Shown: positions 48,771 through 62,929 of the stretch, piece by piece
Layout of the letters: each line of letters begins with the position of its first letter
Numbering within the stretch: the first letter of the stretch is position 1
Source of the DNA: Callorhinchus milii
Taxonomy: Eukaryota
Reading direction: 5' to 3'
DNA: 64,000 bases
NCBI RefSeq assembly: GCF_018977255.1
Contig: NW_024704743.1
Coordinates: 6,946,001 to 7,010,000, forward strand
Made by a program: the position numbers and the translations under genes
The notes under the pieces: model-generated
The model's input: only the letters and a program-made list of their open reading frames with translations
Told to the model about the DNA's origin: nothing
The model's database searches: none

Positions 48771-49570
48771 GGCTCCAAGGTGACATGTTTGGCAACGGAA
48801 TGTCAGAATATGGCGATCTCGGTGGTCTCGTTCCTGAGCCAGGTGGGTCCGCAGTATTCCAGGGCACTACTGATGACAGCCAGCCTGGCTAATCGACAGG
48901 ATTTGGAAGGACAGACCAATTCCCCATATTAAATGTGTCTCACTTAATGGTTATTTGTGGGATATTGCTTTGCCCAAATTAGCTGTCTGTTTTCCTACCA
49001 ATATATAGTCACTACACTTTACAATCAATCCTGTGAAGTGCTTTGAAACGTCTTCATAACGTGATAAGACACTATATTGAATGCATGGATTATTATTCCC
49101 CTCAAATTTGGCATAACACAGGAGGCATTTCTGAGATTCTTTTGCCCAACTTTGTGCCGTTTTTTTAAACATGTTTCTTTTATTTAGAGGATTGCTGCAT
49201 TTAGATAAGTGAAAGGTACTATATAAATGTAAATCGTGTTGTAAGTGTGCCTTTTCTGATTCTCGATTTTTCTTGTATTGTGTAACCCAGTACAAGTTAT
49301 TGTCTTTAGGAGAGAACGGTTTGGGAAAGGTGCAAGCAAAATAAAACTTACTGTAGGTGATCCTTACTTGAAAGAATTGGAACTGTTTTGAGCTCAATTG
49401 ATCGGATTTCAATCTATGGCCTCTTTAGAATGCATTATTGTAAAGCTGAAACTATAGGCTTGGATTCGAAAAAGTAGAATATAATTTATTTGAGGAGGCC
49501 TAAATTTGCAATTGAGTTAAATGTGTTTCCAGTGCACAACAAATTTGTTCTGAAGATTCTTCTTCTCCAG

Positions 49571-49693
49571 TCCTTACAGCTGCCGTCACACAAGCTTCCC
49601 TACAGTCTATGCTACATAAGCTCCTCACGGCTGGACCATCAGCTTTAAGCATCACTACTCTCCTTTCCCAAGCTGCACAGTTATCTTCTCAGG
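49571..49693 (+). CDS. WAC: WAC coding exon 9 ([41 protein letters not shown])
   Basis: Translated by hand because it is below the ORF-track cutoff. Acceptor ttcttctccag; donor AGG|gtaaga; 123 nt, phase 1-1. Confidence 0.96.
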
Positions 49694-50224
49694 GTAAGAT
49701 ATGAACATGACATACAGTTTTAACATTTTATTTTCTCTTTGTATTTAAAATTGTATCTTCAGTTTGAATATTGATGTATATTTTGCAAGGGTTGAGTAAT
49801 TTGTTTGGCAACATTTATATTTGTGTTCCATCAAACTGGTTGCTATGCTACTAAGATGAGGGAAGGCAATGTTTGGGATGGATCAATTTTCTGCTTTAGA
49901 TGCCTACATCATTCAGTCTGTTTGAATATATCATCTAAACAGCATTAGGAATTTCTCATCCCTAGTGTTGGCATCAGGCAAGTGCCTTTAAAGTATGTCA
50001 ACTAGCTGTAGTAAGTTTTATTCCTACAAACATTCCAGAATTTCTTCACTTTCAATTCCCTGTTTTTTTTCATCTCATTAGTACCTCACACCAACAGTCC
50101 TCATGGGCCATCTTAAATTAGGCTGTTAATTAGTGCTGAATTGTACACAGTTCTTTATTATTTTAATACCTATCAGGAATCAGGCTCATGAATTGGATTA
50201 TTTCAGCCAGTGAAAAGAGAACTT

Positions 50225-50680
50225 CATAAGAACATAAGAATTTGCAAGGCAAAAGAAGACCCAAGGTCCATCTAGTTTTCCTTCGAACATCCTGGGAGTC
50301 GCTTGACTTGTTGTATCCCAAACTATATACTGTATCCCAAGGTATTATTTTCTAGCAGAAATCTATCTAACTTGTTCTTGAAACAAATTACATTTTCTGG
50401 TTCCACTGTCTCCTGAGGGAGCCTGTTCCATAAGTTTACTACTCCCTCACCGAAGTAGTATTTCCACAGATTTGTTCTGCATTTACCTCCCTTCAATTGC
50501 AGGCTGTGCCCTATGGTTCTACTGTTCAGTACAAGATAAAACAGCTTGTTATTGTCTACATTATCTATTTCCTTCAGAATCTTAAAAACCATAATCATAT
50601 CGCCCCTCAACCTTCTCTTCTCCAGTATGAACATGCCCGGTTTATGTAATTGCTCCTTGTATTCCAGTCCCTTCAATATA
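50225..50680 (-). mobile_element. CR1 LINE 3' end
   Basis: ORF 50323..50676: LEKRRLRGDMIMVFKIL, VVNLWNRLPQ, FKNKLDRFL. Tail is (TTCTTATG)2. Confidence 0.92.
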
Positions 50681-50696
50681 TGTCATACAAATTGTA

Positions 50697-51058
50697 TGTC
50701 AGCTTCGTTCAGTGGTAGCAATCTTGCCTGTTTCTGAAGGTGGTGGGTTCAAGTCCCATGTAAGGACTTGACCTTACATAGTCAAAGTTCACACTCCAAA
50801 GCAGTGCTGGGGGTGTTTTGCAATGTCGGTGGTGTCGTCCTTTGAATGAGATGTTAAACCGAGGTCCCTTCTGCCTGTTCAGGTGGATAAAAAGATCACA
50901 TGGCACTATCTGAAAAGATAAGAAAGTTTTCCCAAATCCAACAATACAACACACCTCCAGAACGACATTGGAGTGTCAGCTTAGATTTCTATGTGGGGCT
51001 TGAACCCACAACCCTCTGACTCAGAGGCAAGAGTGCTGCTGCTGAATCAGGCTGACAT
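50697..51058. mobile_element. Two Deu-type SINE fragments in inverted orientation (+ 50697-50935, - 50965-51058)
   Basis: Both have ATGTCAGC...GGGTTCAAG heads, on opposite strands. Confidence 0.75.
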
Positions 51059-51813
51059 TTTGTATTTCATATATAATACACTACAGTTTACGTTTATATA
51101 ATGCATTTACTTCAGAAGGACATTCAAACCGCTTGACAGTGCTGGGTTGGTACCTGAGCTGACGCCTTATCACTCTGAAACATCAAAATTCTTCAGAGTC
51201 TTCTGTAAAGTCTCAAAGGTATATGTGAAAGTAAACTTAACAGCCAATTTGTGATAGTAATGGCACAGAATAGGCTTGTCAGATCTTTGTTATCTTTTAA
51301 TGCCATCAACCTATGGGTCAGCTTTTTTTTCTATTTTACTATTGTCTTATTCCCCTCAAATCGTACCTTTGTGTTGAACAGTTATAGATATGGAGATTAT
51401 CTCAGTGGTTCATTTACCTGCCATATTTTCTTACAAAGAACTACTACAATTTACAGAAAAACACTGAAGCGCTTTGAGACATTTTGATATAAGGCGCTAT
51501 GCTAAATGCAAAGATGGATATAGCATCAACATTTCACACTCCTTAGTTTCACTTTAATCATTATAAAATAAATTGGTTGCAGCTGTGCAAAATTTCACAT
51601 ACTGACAACGAATGTTTGAATTTGTTTTTAAAGAGAGTGTTAAGTCCCATTGAAGGTCTGAAACCCACAACTTTCAGACTTGAACATGGATGTAACCAAC
51701 TGAGCCAACCAACCTGAACATTTTGATTAAAGTAGTCTACTAAAATAATCCTTAGTGTTTGTGGCTGTTGTCATGCCATCATCCTGGTAGTATTATGAGT
51801 ATTTGGGCATTGT

Positions 51814-52188
51814 GGGTTCCTGTAGCTCAGTGGTTAGAGCAATGACCTTGCGAGCGAGAGGACCTGGATTCGATTCCTGGGCAGGGCAAAACATTGGGCA
51901 AGTTTCCTTACTCCACATGCCTCTGTTCACCTAGCAGTAAGTCAGAACCTAGTTATTAGCTGATTGGCAGATCGCTTTTCCGGAGGTAATAATCTCATCA
52001 GAAATAAATAAATAATATTTTGGTCACTCAATCCATGACTGTTTGGGGGACACTGCTAGAAGCAATTGGCTGCTGTGTTTTGCCGACAAAATATATAGTC
52101 AATTCACTTTACAGTATATTCTGTGAAGTACTTTGAGGTATCTCGAAGACTGTGATAAAGCGCTATATAAAATGCAAGGATTATTGTA
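51814..52188 (+). mobile_element. tRNA-derived SINE (long form, full length)
   Basis: A and B boxes, internal segment and L2-type tail are all present. Confidence 0.9.
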
Positions 52189-52539
52189 TTCTGTCACTAT
52201 ACACTTGTTAAAACCCAAATAATATTTTATATTTTAATAATATTAAAATTTATAAAATATATAATTAAAATATAATCGATTGTTAGAACAGTCACTTCAA
52301 TTCACAATAATTCCGGTGAAGCTCTTTGAGATATCCTTCTGATGTGATAAGGTGCTATACCAAATGTAAGAATTATTATATGCAACTAGCTTTTATATTT
52401 TATGTTCTTTCTGTTTTAAAACTTCTGTATTCTATTCTTATTCTATTCTAACAAATATTGTTCTTTCTTACCCTCGTAAAAAGGAAAAGCTCTATTTGCT
52501 AGCTTTCGGAGTTATTTGGACATATCCTTGCCATTCTCG

Positions 52540-52965
52540 TGTGTCAATTTAGCTCCATTGGTGGCTCAGAAAATTGTGGGTTCAGGCCTCATGTTGGGAC
52601 TTGTACCATTTTTAGCGCACCACCCTTTTTTAAAAAAAAAAGTTCAAACATTTTTTGGCAGCATATGAATGAGCTCATAGTCTGATACTCATTGCAGTGC
52701 TGGGGAAACACTGCAATGTCAGAGGTGTTGTCCTTCTGATGAGATCTTTAACTGAGGTTCCATTTGCCTGTTCAGGTGGATGTTAAAGATCCCATGGTAC
52801 TGTTCGTAAAAAGAAGGGTTTTTCTCCCATTGTCCTGATTAACAATCCTTGGGATAGAGTAGATTATTAATTTCATGATAGTTTGTGGGGCATTGCTGTG
52901 CACAAATTGGCTGTTACCTTTGCATAGTCATTGCATTTCACAGGAACTTTGAAAGAATTGAGACG
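52540..52965 (+). mobile_element. Older Deu-type SINE
   Basis: TGCCTGTTCAGGTGGATGTTAAAGATCCCATGG core; degenerate head and tail. Confidence 0.72.
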
Positions 52966-54904
52966 TTCTCAATGTTGTAGTTCTCAACAAGAATAATTTT
53001 TTTAAACTACTTATTGCCCTTTTTGAGACACTCCAATCAGGCTTTTGTTCCTGCCGCATCACCGTACTTGTTAAAGTCAATGATTGTATTTACCATTTTA
53101 TCTTCTTTGACTGCATCCAGTCCACTGCTTAATTTGCTTTTTTAGACCTTTAGTACATTGCCTGCTTACCTCCTTGTTTCACACTAATGCTGCTAAAACT
53201 ATCACGCCTTCATTATTTTTAAGGGTAGACTTTTCTCATGTTGTCATTAATGCCCTCCTTAATGCTATACTTCATAAGCTGCAACTCATCCAAAACTTTG
53301 CAGTTATATTCTCCTTTCTGGCTTACTCGCTCCCCAATCCTTTCTTCCCACCCATGGCAGCTGAACCTTGAGGCACTATGTTTCTGTCCTGTGAAGCTCT
53401 CCCAAAATTTCCTTGCTGTGCACCTTCTCTTTCTGCTTTAAAATATTTATTAAAATCATTTTTGTCCATGCCTTTTGGGCAGTATCTGAAAGTTCCTTTT
53501 CCCTACTTTGTACTCTGTTATATCTTGAAGTTTTTAAGATATTCACTTTAAGTATTATTTGATTTTGTGACCTAGTCACAATTATATAGCCACTTTCTTC
53601 ATCCTCCCTTTTATCTTAACTTTCCCTTTTTCTCAAGTCTCCAATCCTACACAGTATTTACTCAGAGGTTGGTTGAACAATCAGATTGTCTTGATTGCTA
53701 TTTATGCACAGCTTTTTCCTCTTCCATGAAGTACAATTAATCAAAAATTTTAGCCCATGTTCTCTATCATCTTGTGGCATTGAGTACTAAGGGTTGATTT
53801 TTTGGGGGCAGTTGGGTGTCTGGAAACCCATCACCATACTTAAGAGTATCCAAACCAAAATGAGAATTTCATGCATCCCACATATGTATGGAAATTCCAG
53901 AGATAGATTGTTGGAATGCTCTCTCTGGAGGGACTCATCCTTCTTACCTAATTCCTGGAAGTATTAGGCGCAGGTTGGCAAGAGCCAATGCTTAGGGACC
54001 CTAGAGTGTGTGTTGTACTGCTGGAGTCTAACCAGCTAAAACTGCACAGCTTGCCATTTAGTGTATGTTTGCCTTCATGATCATTTTGTTGAGCTTCAAC
54101 TGAAGACTTGTTCATGTATTTAAAATGAATCCCTTGAGAAATATAAATAATAGCAATGGTAATTTACTTTGCTTTCGAGTACAAAGCAATATTGAGATTC
54201 ACAGTACTTGCCCAGTTATGACTGCCCTCCCTGCTAGGTATCAAATTTCATTGATTCCTCAACAGTTTGTCGCCCTTAGAAATGCCTTGGATAACTGCTT
54301 TCCTGGCTGCCTTCACCAAGGTTGACTGCCCACGGCCTGTTCAACCACAGGGGAGAACTATAAAAGAATTATCACTGTAATTGTTTCCATATTTTGAATC
54401 AAAGTAGAAAATATTCTTAATAAAATAAACTATTCTGAACTTTCAGGGCAATGTGTTGGAATTGTGTTAATTGAATTCAAATATGCTTGCAAATTGCATG
54501 AATTACAAAAGTTAATGTATCAGAGACATAGCTTGTTAGAGATCTGAAGCATTGTTCTCTTTATGGTATGGCAGTCAAAAATGTTTTGACTGTCCAAGTT
54601 AATTGTTTCACAATGCTGATAGATCCATCCCTGGCAATGAGTGCGCTGTATTTGGAGGGGTGGTATTCAGTTGCTCTCACAGAAACTCCCCACGCTATCT
54701 AAAATTCACATTAAGAGTTCAGATCATGTTTGACCTTTAATGGAGTTGTATGGGGTGGGGGAAATGAGGTACTGTACATAGTATTTATTTCAGTCATATT
54801 TGATCATCCTTGGTTGCAACAAATAAATCTTCTTTTCATAGTCTTCTTGAAGCAGAAATTAAAAGTTATTTCAAAATTAACACTGATGTGCTTTTTAAAT
54901 ACAG

Positions 54905-55053
54905 CCCAGCAGTCTAATCAGTCTCCAATGTCGCTGGCATCAGATGCATCATCCCCAAGGTCGTATGTGTCTCCTAGGATTAGTACGCCACAGACAAACA
55001 CAGTTCCTCTTAAACCACTGATGAGTACACCTCCAGTGTCGAATCAGCCAAAG
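54905..55053 (+). CDS. WAC: WAC coding exon 10 ([30 protein letters not shown]...SNQPK)
   Basis: Acceptor aatacag; donor AAG|gtaaaa; 149 nt, phase 1 to 0. Confidence 0.96.
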
Positions 55054-57877
55054 GTAAAACCAAAACTAGTTAGTATTTTGATTACAAACCTTGTTTGTGC
55101 ATTTTGTAGAATGTTTATGCAAGTATGTTTATGCAATTTTTAAGGGAGCTGGTAGTAAGAAGGTGGAATGCTGATTGATTAATGTGCAGTATATAAACTT
55201 AGTTTTTGTTTGGCTTTAATGGATGTATCCTTCTTTTGACTTTCTCTTTGAACTTGCAGCTTCAGTTTTAAACATTATAAAAAATACTTTTGCCATCTGT
55301 AACTGTTCATATTCTGAACCAGCTCACAAAATTCACATTTGAGCATTAAAGATGCTGAAAATCATACTTTGGCTATATTTGATTGCATTCACGGTGTCCC
55401 CAAAACATTATCACAAGATTACAATAGTGTTAATTTCATTTTCATATCTTAATTTGGATTTTAGGCCTTTTATGTATCATTTTAAATATTTGGGCTTCAC
55501 TGGAATATGATGGTTAAGGTAGTCTTTAAAGATTTACTTATTCCTTAATCTCTGGGTGTTGTAATGAAGAACATCCCTTAAAATGTTAAAGCCGTGAAAT
55601 TGAAGTTAAATAATCCCCTCATTCAACCGTCATATAAAAATAAAATACTGCCTTTCCAATACTCTGTCCTTTTAAAATTCAGTGTTTCTACCCAAGATGG
55701 CCAGGTATGCTTACAGCACTTTTCACCAATGTCATTTTCTTTTACACTAGTTGACCTTTTTCCTATTGTTTTTTCCCCAGCCCCCACCACACTTCCCCCT
55801 AATTGGAGTCATCAATCTGCGCAAGATCCTACCTTTAAAACTGATCTTACCAGGCACTGCGTGGGAGCTTGAAAGGGCTGTAGGAGGAGTTGAGGCTTCA
55901 ACAGTTCAGTTACAATGCTGTTTGCTGAGCGTCCGAGCTATTACCCCACCTGAAGGGTGCTATCTAAATGCAAATTGTTGTTGATTAGTTCCAAGAAGGC
56001 TTCTCACCTGAAGCTGCAGATGTTAAATGGAACTTTTTTTTAAAACTGAATTACCAGTTACTATTACTATTAACAGTAATTGTTAGTATTAATATTATTT
56101 TTCACCAGTGGAGTTAAAGGGTAGAGCAGGAGCTCATGGGATTTGAGGTTACTTGATTGGCATTTTAATGTTTTGCTTATGTAAACATCTTAAAGAAGTG
56201 GAACACTAAACAATTGTTATTTTCCCTTGTTTTTGTTATTTGCTTATTCTTCAAGAATAAGCAAAACCCAATAGTATGTGGGGCACGGCCACTTTTGAAA
56301 AATAAACTTAAGATAATGGTGTAGACAACTTTCTGTCAAAGGTAGTGGGTCATTGAAGGCTCATCTTGCTCTCTGTTTGAATCAAAGGAGCATTACTGAT
56401 GAAAATCCTGATTATCCAGCAATCAGACAATACCACAACTTTGGGGAAGTTTCATTTTTTTTTACGGCCATTCTAAATGCTACTGAAATTGGATCTCCCC
56501 TGCTCCATGGTTTTCTATAGAGAACTCCCCGAGGAAAAATCCTTATTTAAATTTAATAGTGTTTGTGAAATTTGTGCATTTGTGAAATAGTTTTTTTGGT
56601 TGAGGGCTGTGTGGCCTTGTTATATGAAGTGAATAGTGTTAACAGAATAAAAATATAATGCATGATTTTTGTTTACACTAAGCATGGATAGGTATTGGCA
56701 CCATTTTCATTAAAGGTGAACTTAAAGCCTATGAATAGAATATTAATATTCAAAGCACTCCCACTGCAAATTGAGAGAAAGTTAACACTGAATTTACTTC
56801 CATATAGCAAAAGCTTTATTTTAATATTGTAACTGGTTACCATTTCCTTCAATCAGCTTCACAAATGTGTGTGAGAAGGATCCAGGCCTTTCTTGGAGCT
56901 TACTTCATTGAAATTAGGAGGAGTGGTAGCTTTGAATAGCTGATATGAAGCTGCCTGACCCCAATGAAACTTAGTTTTGTTGAACAATCGTGAGATTAAT
57001 CTTTCCTAGGGTCTAGCAGCTATCTCTGTATTAGCTCCCAGGTTGTTTCAAAGGTAGTCATCTCCCTTGTTTAACTCAGTAGAGTGGTTCAAACAATTCC
57101 TCATAATGTATGTCACTGGAGCACCTTCATATAGTAGGTAATTTACAGATATCATGTTAAGGTATAAATTCCTTGTTGTCAGGGAAGACCAATGTATAAC
57201 TGTTTTATACACTTATGAAAGTACTTTGATAAACTTAGTTGTTTGTGATTGTTTACATTTTTGGGGAAGAGGAAGTGTAACAAAAGTTACTATATTGTGT
57301 ATGTTTGCAGAATTAGAGGAAAGGAAATAATTTCTTCCTTCAGGGTTATTTAGTCTGTGGAATTCATTACCACATGTGGATCTTATGGCAAGACCAAGAG
57401 TATAATTTAAAGTAGAATTGAATAAATATATGAACAATAAAAACTAAAGGAATATAATAATCATAATCCTTGCATTTTATGTAGCGTCTTCCATGCTGTG
57501 AGGACATCTTAAAGCGCTTCAAAGAATATGCTGTAAAGTGGTGTGACTGTACACTTTATGGGAAAGAGCTAGAAAGTTGAATTAATATGGGCCGATTTTT
57601 TTTAAAAAATGGTAGCAGTGGCATTGACATGAATTTATTGGCCTCCTACTATGCTGAATATTTCTGTTTGGGTTTAGACTTTTTAAAGATTTAATTTGAG
57701 AGCCATTAAGCCTAGCTTTAAATCCCTCAAGTGTGTGGTTTATGAAAACTTTGTCTTGTCTATGAAAAAACTTGTCTGTGAAAAGTTTTGGCAAACATTT
57801 TGAAGTATTTTCCTGTGTGGAGTGGGAGGGATGCCAAATAATAAAGATTTGTATCTTAATCTCATTTCTCTTTTCAG

Positions 57878-57993
57878 TCCAGTACTCCAATCGTGAAACA
57901 AGGACCAGCACAACAGCAAGTATCTCAACAACCTGTAGCAGCTGACAAGCATGGCCATGAACCTGAATCCCCTCGTAATGTTCAGCGTTCAAG
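57878..57993 (+). CDS. WAC: WAC coding exon 11 ([10 protein letters not shown]...[14 protein letters not shown]); gene continues beyond the window
   Basis: Acceptor tttctcttttcag; donor AAG|gtaagg; 116 nt, phase 0 to 2. No downstream exon recognised up to 64000. Confidence 0.94.
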
Positions 57994-58319
57994 GTAAGGA
58001 TACGGAATCTGGATTTACATGGGCTGCTTTGTTGAAATGTGACATGTAACATGAACTGATTTTTTGTAGTACATCTGGAGCACATCTGTGAATCTTATTT
58101 TTTTAAAAATCTTCCAATTTTTCTATTTTTTCCCCTTTGCCACATGCCTCTGATCTTGGTCCTGGGTCTCATTCAGGGGTGAGGTTCCACTGGTGCGATT
58201 TGCCCTCTGGTACCCCACTTAAGTGGCAGTTATTTGTGTTTGAGCATTGGCATTGAATGCTAGGACTCAGCTGGGAGAGTGTGTCCCCTGCCTTTTCCTA
58301 CCCATCTGCCACACATCTT

Positions 58320-58433
58320 TAATAATAATAATAATCCTTGCATTTGATATAGCGCTTTTCACGTTGGGAGGACGTCCCAAAGCGCTTCACAGAACACACT
58401 GTAAAGTGAATTGACTGTATATTTGTGGGCGAA
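58320..58433 (-). mobile_element. Young 5'-truncated SINE tail
   Basis: Near-identical to the 3' part of 15035-15355. Confidence 0.88.
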
Positions 58434-61400
58434 CCTTATGACTAACAGAGTACTATAGAAGAAGCAGGAACTCTGGATGGTGTACCCCTTCCTAACCCTT
58501 GGAAATGTTAACTTCTGTGTGCAGTCCTGTCTGAAATTAGCAAACTGAACACAAGCTGGGATTCGTATCAGTGATCTCTTGGTCGGAAAGCTGCAGCTTT
58601 AGCCAGTGCTTGAAACATTCAAAAAAAGGTTGAGGCTGATGTCAAGCTATTGAATTCTCTCTTTCTTTCCCCCCCTCCCCCTCCTCCTGGAATAAAGTGC
58701 GCAGAAAACCTTGACAGATATTATGGACAGTTCTGTAAATGTGGATACCTGTGAATAGAGCTTTTAGTTGAGATTATGGGTTTTGAAGCCTGGAGTGTAC
58801 TGATTCATGAGCTGTAAATTTAAGATTATTTTGGTATTAATAATACCAAAATGTAGCATGTGAGGTGGATAAAATGTCAGGGTACTGCAGTGATTAGGTC
58901 ATAACTACGGTTATAAAATGGTGGTTGGAATCTATGAAATTTCAACACACGTTACAGCAAAGTGCGATTGATAGAAGGTTTGACTGCACATGAATGCAGC
59001 CGGCAGATTCACTTCCTGCCCATTGGTTAGTTCCTGGGTTAAAATAAAATATGACCAATTTGCAGGTCATCAAGTCACCACTACTATCGCTTCCTGTTGC
59101 GGCGCATGTGCAGAGTAGGAAGTGACATTGACGGCAACCTGATGACCTGGAAGTCTGCCATTTAGCAAAAGCAGGAAACGTGCAGGTAGCCTGTAAGTGT
59201 ATGAAAGAATGGGGTCCACAGTACATTGTGTTTCAACAAAAGAATTTGTGCTATAATGAACATTGTACCAGCTGCACTGAATGTTCTGCTTAGTTGTCAC
59301 AAGATCAGAGCGGTGGGGAAGAGCCTCAATGCTATCCTGTATTCTACTGAACATCAAATTATTTATAGTGATTAAACCTGTTCAAAACATTGTGATTATT
59401 CCAATTGCATATTTACTGAGAAAAATCACCTGTGATGAAATGGAGAGTTTTCATCAGTGAACATTTTTGTCTACAGTTTTAACTTATTCATGCTTTTTCT
59501 ACGACATTTATTTTCTAAAAAGGCATGGTTGCCTGGAGCATCTTGCTTCAGTTTTCACTGATTTTGAGGTGTGCGTCATATGAATTTGTCATGCACTTGT
59601 AACAAAAAAGTGAACCACAAAATATACTACCTAAAACCTAGATCATCTTATGAATTTGTGCAAGAGGAAAGACAATTGTATAGTTGCAATACGTGGGAAA
59701 ACTGTACAATCTTCTGGCGTATTTAATAGAATGTCTTGAAGTATACTTTTGGCTGTAGGAAATCCCTGCGCTGTGCTCTGGGAATAGTTGCATGTTGTGT
59801 TTGGTAAATGGTCTAACGGAAACCTATATGTTGGGTAATTTGAACCCTGACAAAAGGCTAATTCAGAAAGCTGTAAAGAAATAGTCATTATGTAAGACCC
59901 ACTGCACTGACCTTATACTTCTGGTTGTGTAAAAAAAACACTCTGAGCTGCAGTTTTATTACTGTTTTGCCTTGGCTCTCGTACTGAAAGTCATGAATTT
60001 GGATAGAAACTTGAGTAGGCAAAGACGTGTCCTTTTCACATTTGGTTTAATTTTTTTTTGAAGTTGATGGGATGATAAAGAACTGGGGCTCGTAATGGAT
60101 TCTTTCCCTAATCTTTTTTGGTTGGATAAGTGTACATTCCCTTTGGCAATGTAAAACTGAGGCTACACTTCAACATGTACGCACTAGATTGTTGTATATT
60201 TTGCTGTAGCAGATCTTGGAAAAACAGTTTTAGTCTAGAATTTATTTTTGTTGTGCTGTTTTGTACACCTTTTTACATTTCTGACCTATCCTATACTGGT
60301 AACATTTTTGAAAGTGTAGAAGTTCTGTTTAGGTACTCTTAGAGCTGTTTTGATTTAGTTCGGGTGAGAAATACACTGGCTACAGTGGACTTTGGAGGAG
60401 CTTCCACCTGCCCATATAACGTCCAGAAGTTCAATCTTGGAGGATGTTATCATGATAAGGGGCCCCAGATTATTTTTAAAAATTGCCTTAATTTTTAATC
60501 TTTGTTGTCCATAGTTGGTTGTAACAGTTATGTATTTATAAAAGATCATTGAAAGACGACTTGGGCATCTATCCATTTTAAAGTCTTAGGTATCCTAGTA
60601 ATTTTGACATATTTGAGCAAGAGATACTGTGAACTGCATAAATATTTGGTTTTGGCAAGTGCCCAACAGAATCATATTGCATAGAATTACTTATTATATA
60701 GAATCTGCAACATTGAAATAGACCGTTCACCCCAACTAGTCGATACTGGTGTTTATATTCCACATCAGCCCGCCCCCCCCTCTCCATTCTCCCTCGTGTC
60801 TGTATAAATTCCATCAGTATGTCCTCTGCAAGAGGTATGTTGTATTGTGTCATTAAATATCTTTATTGACTTGTGTTTGAGACTATTTTATACTTGGAGT
60901 TTGTTCTTCAATGGCTCTTTCTCAGTTTTAGCGTTTAAAAAAATAAAGGATGAGAAATTTCACTTGCCGCAATGATCCACTTTGATGTACTCTTTCAAAA
61001 GGTTTATTTTCAACAACTCCCAAGATTACCCAAATCTTCTCTCCAAATAACAAACCTAATGTCCCTAGTCTCTCCTCATAGCTTGGATTTGTGAAACCAG
61101 ATACATTTTGCCCCAATTTACACCCTCTCAAGGCCAAAATTATTTCTACTCGTTTGATGATCAATACTCTATAAGAATCCAACTGCTGTTTTATGTGGGT
61201 AGGAATATGTTATGTTACTATATCAGCCACCAAGATCCCAAATCATGGAATCTCAATCCCATCCCCCCCCTGCCTTGCCCCGCCCCTTTTTCAAGTGCCA
61301 CCTGAAAACCTTCTGTTTCGACCATACTAACAGTCACCTCACCCCCAGGCTCGGAGTCAGGCTCTGCCACTGTTAAGGGCTCTGAGGCGCTATCCTGCAT

Positions 61401-62929
61401 CGAGGGCGCTATATAAGGCAAATTGTTATTGTAATATTCTTAATTTTAATTTGTATTTTGAGGTAGCATTTTGCCCATGTTGGTGGTGGGGGGGGGGAGA
61501 GAGAGATAAGTGAGTGTGGGGAGATGCCGGGCCTCGGAGAAGGAAGAGAAAAAAAGGGGGATAAACACCCGTTCATCTTGTTCTCTCCACTTACCAGCCC
61601 AGGGCAAGAGATCAAGGGGGAGATGAGCCCGTATATCACAAGGGGTGTGTGATGGCATGGTCTATAAAAATGGTGGCGCTCATGGGACATTATGAAAAAG
61701 TGTAAAAAAGTTTGGGAACCGTTGTTCTTAAAGTATTCAAATGCTTCTGAATCCTCATTTTCTAGGCCTTCAATTTTAGTGCTAGCTCAGAAAAGCTGTT
61801 ATCTTAAATTTGCAAAGAATGTACAGCACGGAAACAGGCCACTCGGCCCAACCAATCCATGCTGGTTTCATACTCTGCATGAGTCTCCACCTACTCCTTA
61901 CTCCATTCCTTTCTATTCCCCTCTTTCATATGTGAAGATCTGGATCTATCTTGATATGTTATACTTTTCCTTTCCCTGGAGGAGGTTTGTTGGCCCTTAT
62001 TGCACTCTTGCACATCATCCAAACGGCCATTGTTTCTGAATAGGCTTATTTGAGTACAGGAGGCATCAAAGCCAGACCTGATCCTCGCCTTGTCTGAGGA
62101 TGTGCATTTGGAAGCAAGAGTATCTTGATGGTATTCAGGAGTAAGAAACCTGGATAATTTTTATTTCTCCCTTCATGACCCACACGTGTTGAGACCAGTT
62201 GTAGCATGCCAATTAGATTTCGTAACTCAGCAGAGACTGGAATTTGAGCCTTCAACCTCTGTTCTGTGTCATTCATCCAGCACCAAACAGTGTCTTTACC
62301 CCCTCGGCTGTTTGGCTGCTATCTTTGTCTGCATTAATTTAAAATCGTGGGGTTAACCCACTTCTAATTTGGAACAGTTTCTGTTTATGGCTATGCTAAG
62401 AATTTTTCTATCTACCAATGTTCCTTGATATGTCATTAGAGCCATTAATATCTGATGTAGAATTGTTTGTGTTTTTGTGAAATCCACTGTATTTGCCTTG
62501 TCCATCATGGCAACAAATCAACCAGTTACAAAACATTAATTGATTTCTCTATTTTCTGACTCTTGAATTGTTTTTATTTAATGGTCATTAACCCATGATT
62601 TCAAATATCAAATAGTCAGTACATTTTTTACAGAAGCAAAAGGATAAAAGCTTAATTGATTGTGTGCATTTATCTCTGATTTTTGTTTTGAAGTGCTAAG
62701 AAACGGTGTTGAGCCACAAGATGTGTGGATTTACATCTGGTTTACTATAGTGATTTTTCAATTGTGTGGATATGTTAAGTAGTTGCTGGGCTCACTAAAA
62801 AGTGGATGGAACAAATGCTTTTCGTAACTACTGTGTATAGAGCAGCACAATTTTTTTCAGTAGATGTGCCTATTTTTGCCTCTACGGATAAACATAAACT
62901 TGCCAAACCGTAGAAGTACTCCATCTGCT

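Noticed and set aside
59421..59571. Possible box C/D snoRNA (GTGATGA at 59432, CTGA at 59558)
   Set aside because: No correctly positioned terminal stem, box C is tied up in a local TGATGAAA/TTTCATCA hairpin, and no guide sequence was recognised. An Rfam or snoscan search would settle it.
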